Source: Gammaproteobacteria bacterium (GTDB lineage: Bacteria; Pseudomonadota; Gammaproteobacteria; Xanthomonadales; SZUA-36). From it: a stretch of DNA of 50,819 bases. The DNA lies in contig BTRB01000001.1 of the NCBI GenBank assembly GCA_036986175.1, positions 1-50,819 on the forward strand, written 5' to 3'. This document shows positions 50,233 through 50,819 of the stretch, piece after piece. How positions within the stretch are numbered: the stretch's first letter is position 1; each line of letters begins with the position of its first letter. The position numbers and the translations under genes are program-made. Under the pieces are notes generated by a model. That model was not told the origin of the DNA and searched no databases. It worked only from the letters and a program-made list of their open reading frames with translations.

Positions 50233-50819
50233 ATGCTGACAAAGTCCCAGATAACCCGCAACTGGCTGCCGCGTTATACCGGCATGCCATTGAATGAGTT
50301 TGGCAAATATATACTGCTCACCAATTTTGGAAATTATGTACGTCACTTTGCAAAGAAGTTCGACTGCAAAATTTATGGCGAAGACCGTGGGATGCAAGCC
50401 GCTACCAACACGAATGGGTTGACCATCATTAATTTCGGTATTGGTTCAAGTAATGCGGCAACCATCATGGATCTACTCACAGCAGTGTCGCCAAAAGGTG
50501 TGCTGTTCCTGGGTAAATGCGGTGGCCTGAAGAAATCCACTGAAATTGGCCATTTCATACTACCGATAGCTGCCATCCGCGGCGAGGGCACCAGCGACGA
50601 TTATTTTCCACCCGCAGTACCGGCCTTGCCTTCGTTCAAATTGCATAAGTTTGTTTCGGACAAAATACTGGCCCACGGTGTCGACTACCGGACCGGTGTG
50701 ATTTACACCACTAACCGGAGGGTGTGGGAGCATGACGAGGAGTTCCATCAGAGGTTGCACGACATGACATGCATCGGTATTGATATGGAAACCGCAACGC
50801 TGTTCATCGTCGGCCACGC
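50233..50819 (+). CDS. amn: AMP nucleosidase-like PNP/UDP-family nucleosidase (3' end outside the window)
   Basis: The reading frame is open from ATG 50233 to the window end and is absent from the ORF track because no stop is reached. My translation is MLTKSQITRNWLPRYTGMPLNEFGKYILLTNFGNYVRHF ... INFGIGSSNAATIMDLL ... LGKCGGLKK ... AAIRGEGTSDDY ... GIDMETATLF. These are blocks typical of the AMP nucleosidase catalytic domain. Confidence 0.6.
   Translation, partial: MLTKSQITRNWLPRYTGMPLNEFGKYILLTNFGNYVRHFAKKFDCKIYGEDRGMQAATNTNGLTIINFGIGSSNAATIMDLLTAVSPKGVLFLGKCGGLKKSTEIGHFILPIAAIRGEGTSDDYFPPAVPALPSFKLHKFVSDKILAHGVDYRTGVIYTTNRRVWEHDEEFHQRLHDMTCIGIDMETATLFIVGH

Overview
This is a 50.8-kb chromosomal segment that looks gammaproteobacterial. 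The recognisable synteny blocks are rluD-pgeF, mrcB plus an lpoP-like gene, yoaA-tsaB, yrbG-kdsD-kdsC-lptC-lptA-lptB-rpoN-hpf-ptsN-rapZ, and purN-purM / DUF2066-perM-hda-amn. I call 44 protein-coding genes, the last one truncated by the window end. I saw no rRNA, tRNA, CRISPR array, transposase or integrase. Most of the window is housekeeping or envelope core. The exception is about 16.4-35.7 kb, a block of envelope-lipid genes. It contains a translationally coupled operon of fatty-acyl-AMP ligase, SDR reductase, acyl carrier protein and a serine-palmitoyltransferase-like alpha-oxoamine synthase, which is the Caulobacter ceramide gene set as I recall it. It also contains a second coupled operon (CDP-alcohol phosphotransferase, Tam41-like nucleotidyltransferase, MOP-type flippase), a metallophosphoesterase, two soluble NTP-transferases, a GMC flavoprotein, a large GNAT-like acyltransferase and an 816-aa GT4 protein. 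Interleaved with these are lptF-lptG and an extra secreted LptA/OstA-fold protein. My main lead is that this block makes, decorates, flips and possibly exports through Lpt a sphingolipid-type outer-membrane lipid. That is inference from gene content and needs HMM, phylogeny and lipidomics tests. Non-coding oddities seen directly are listed here. A 373-bp nested giant palindrome has 24-bp perfect termini and a 32-bp perfect internal inverted repeat (21097-21469). A 2 x 32-bp tandem repeat follows it (21488-21551). An exact 19-nt direct repeat (AAGTGTTAACAGGCCCTAA) brackets 16.2 kb of the lipid block, and a third 13-nt core copy lies in the promoter region shared by mrcB and a ~1474-aa triple-glycosyltransferase gene. 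A 420-bp AT-rich leader precedes the lipid operon. A perfect 19-bp palindrome lies in a divergent promoter region. Start codons are inferred by eye from overlaps and homology. All family assignments come from motif recognition, not from searches.
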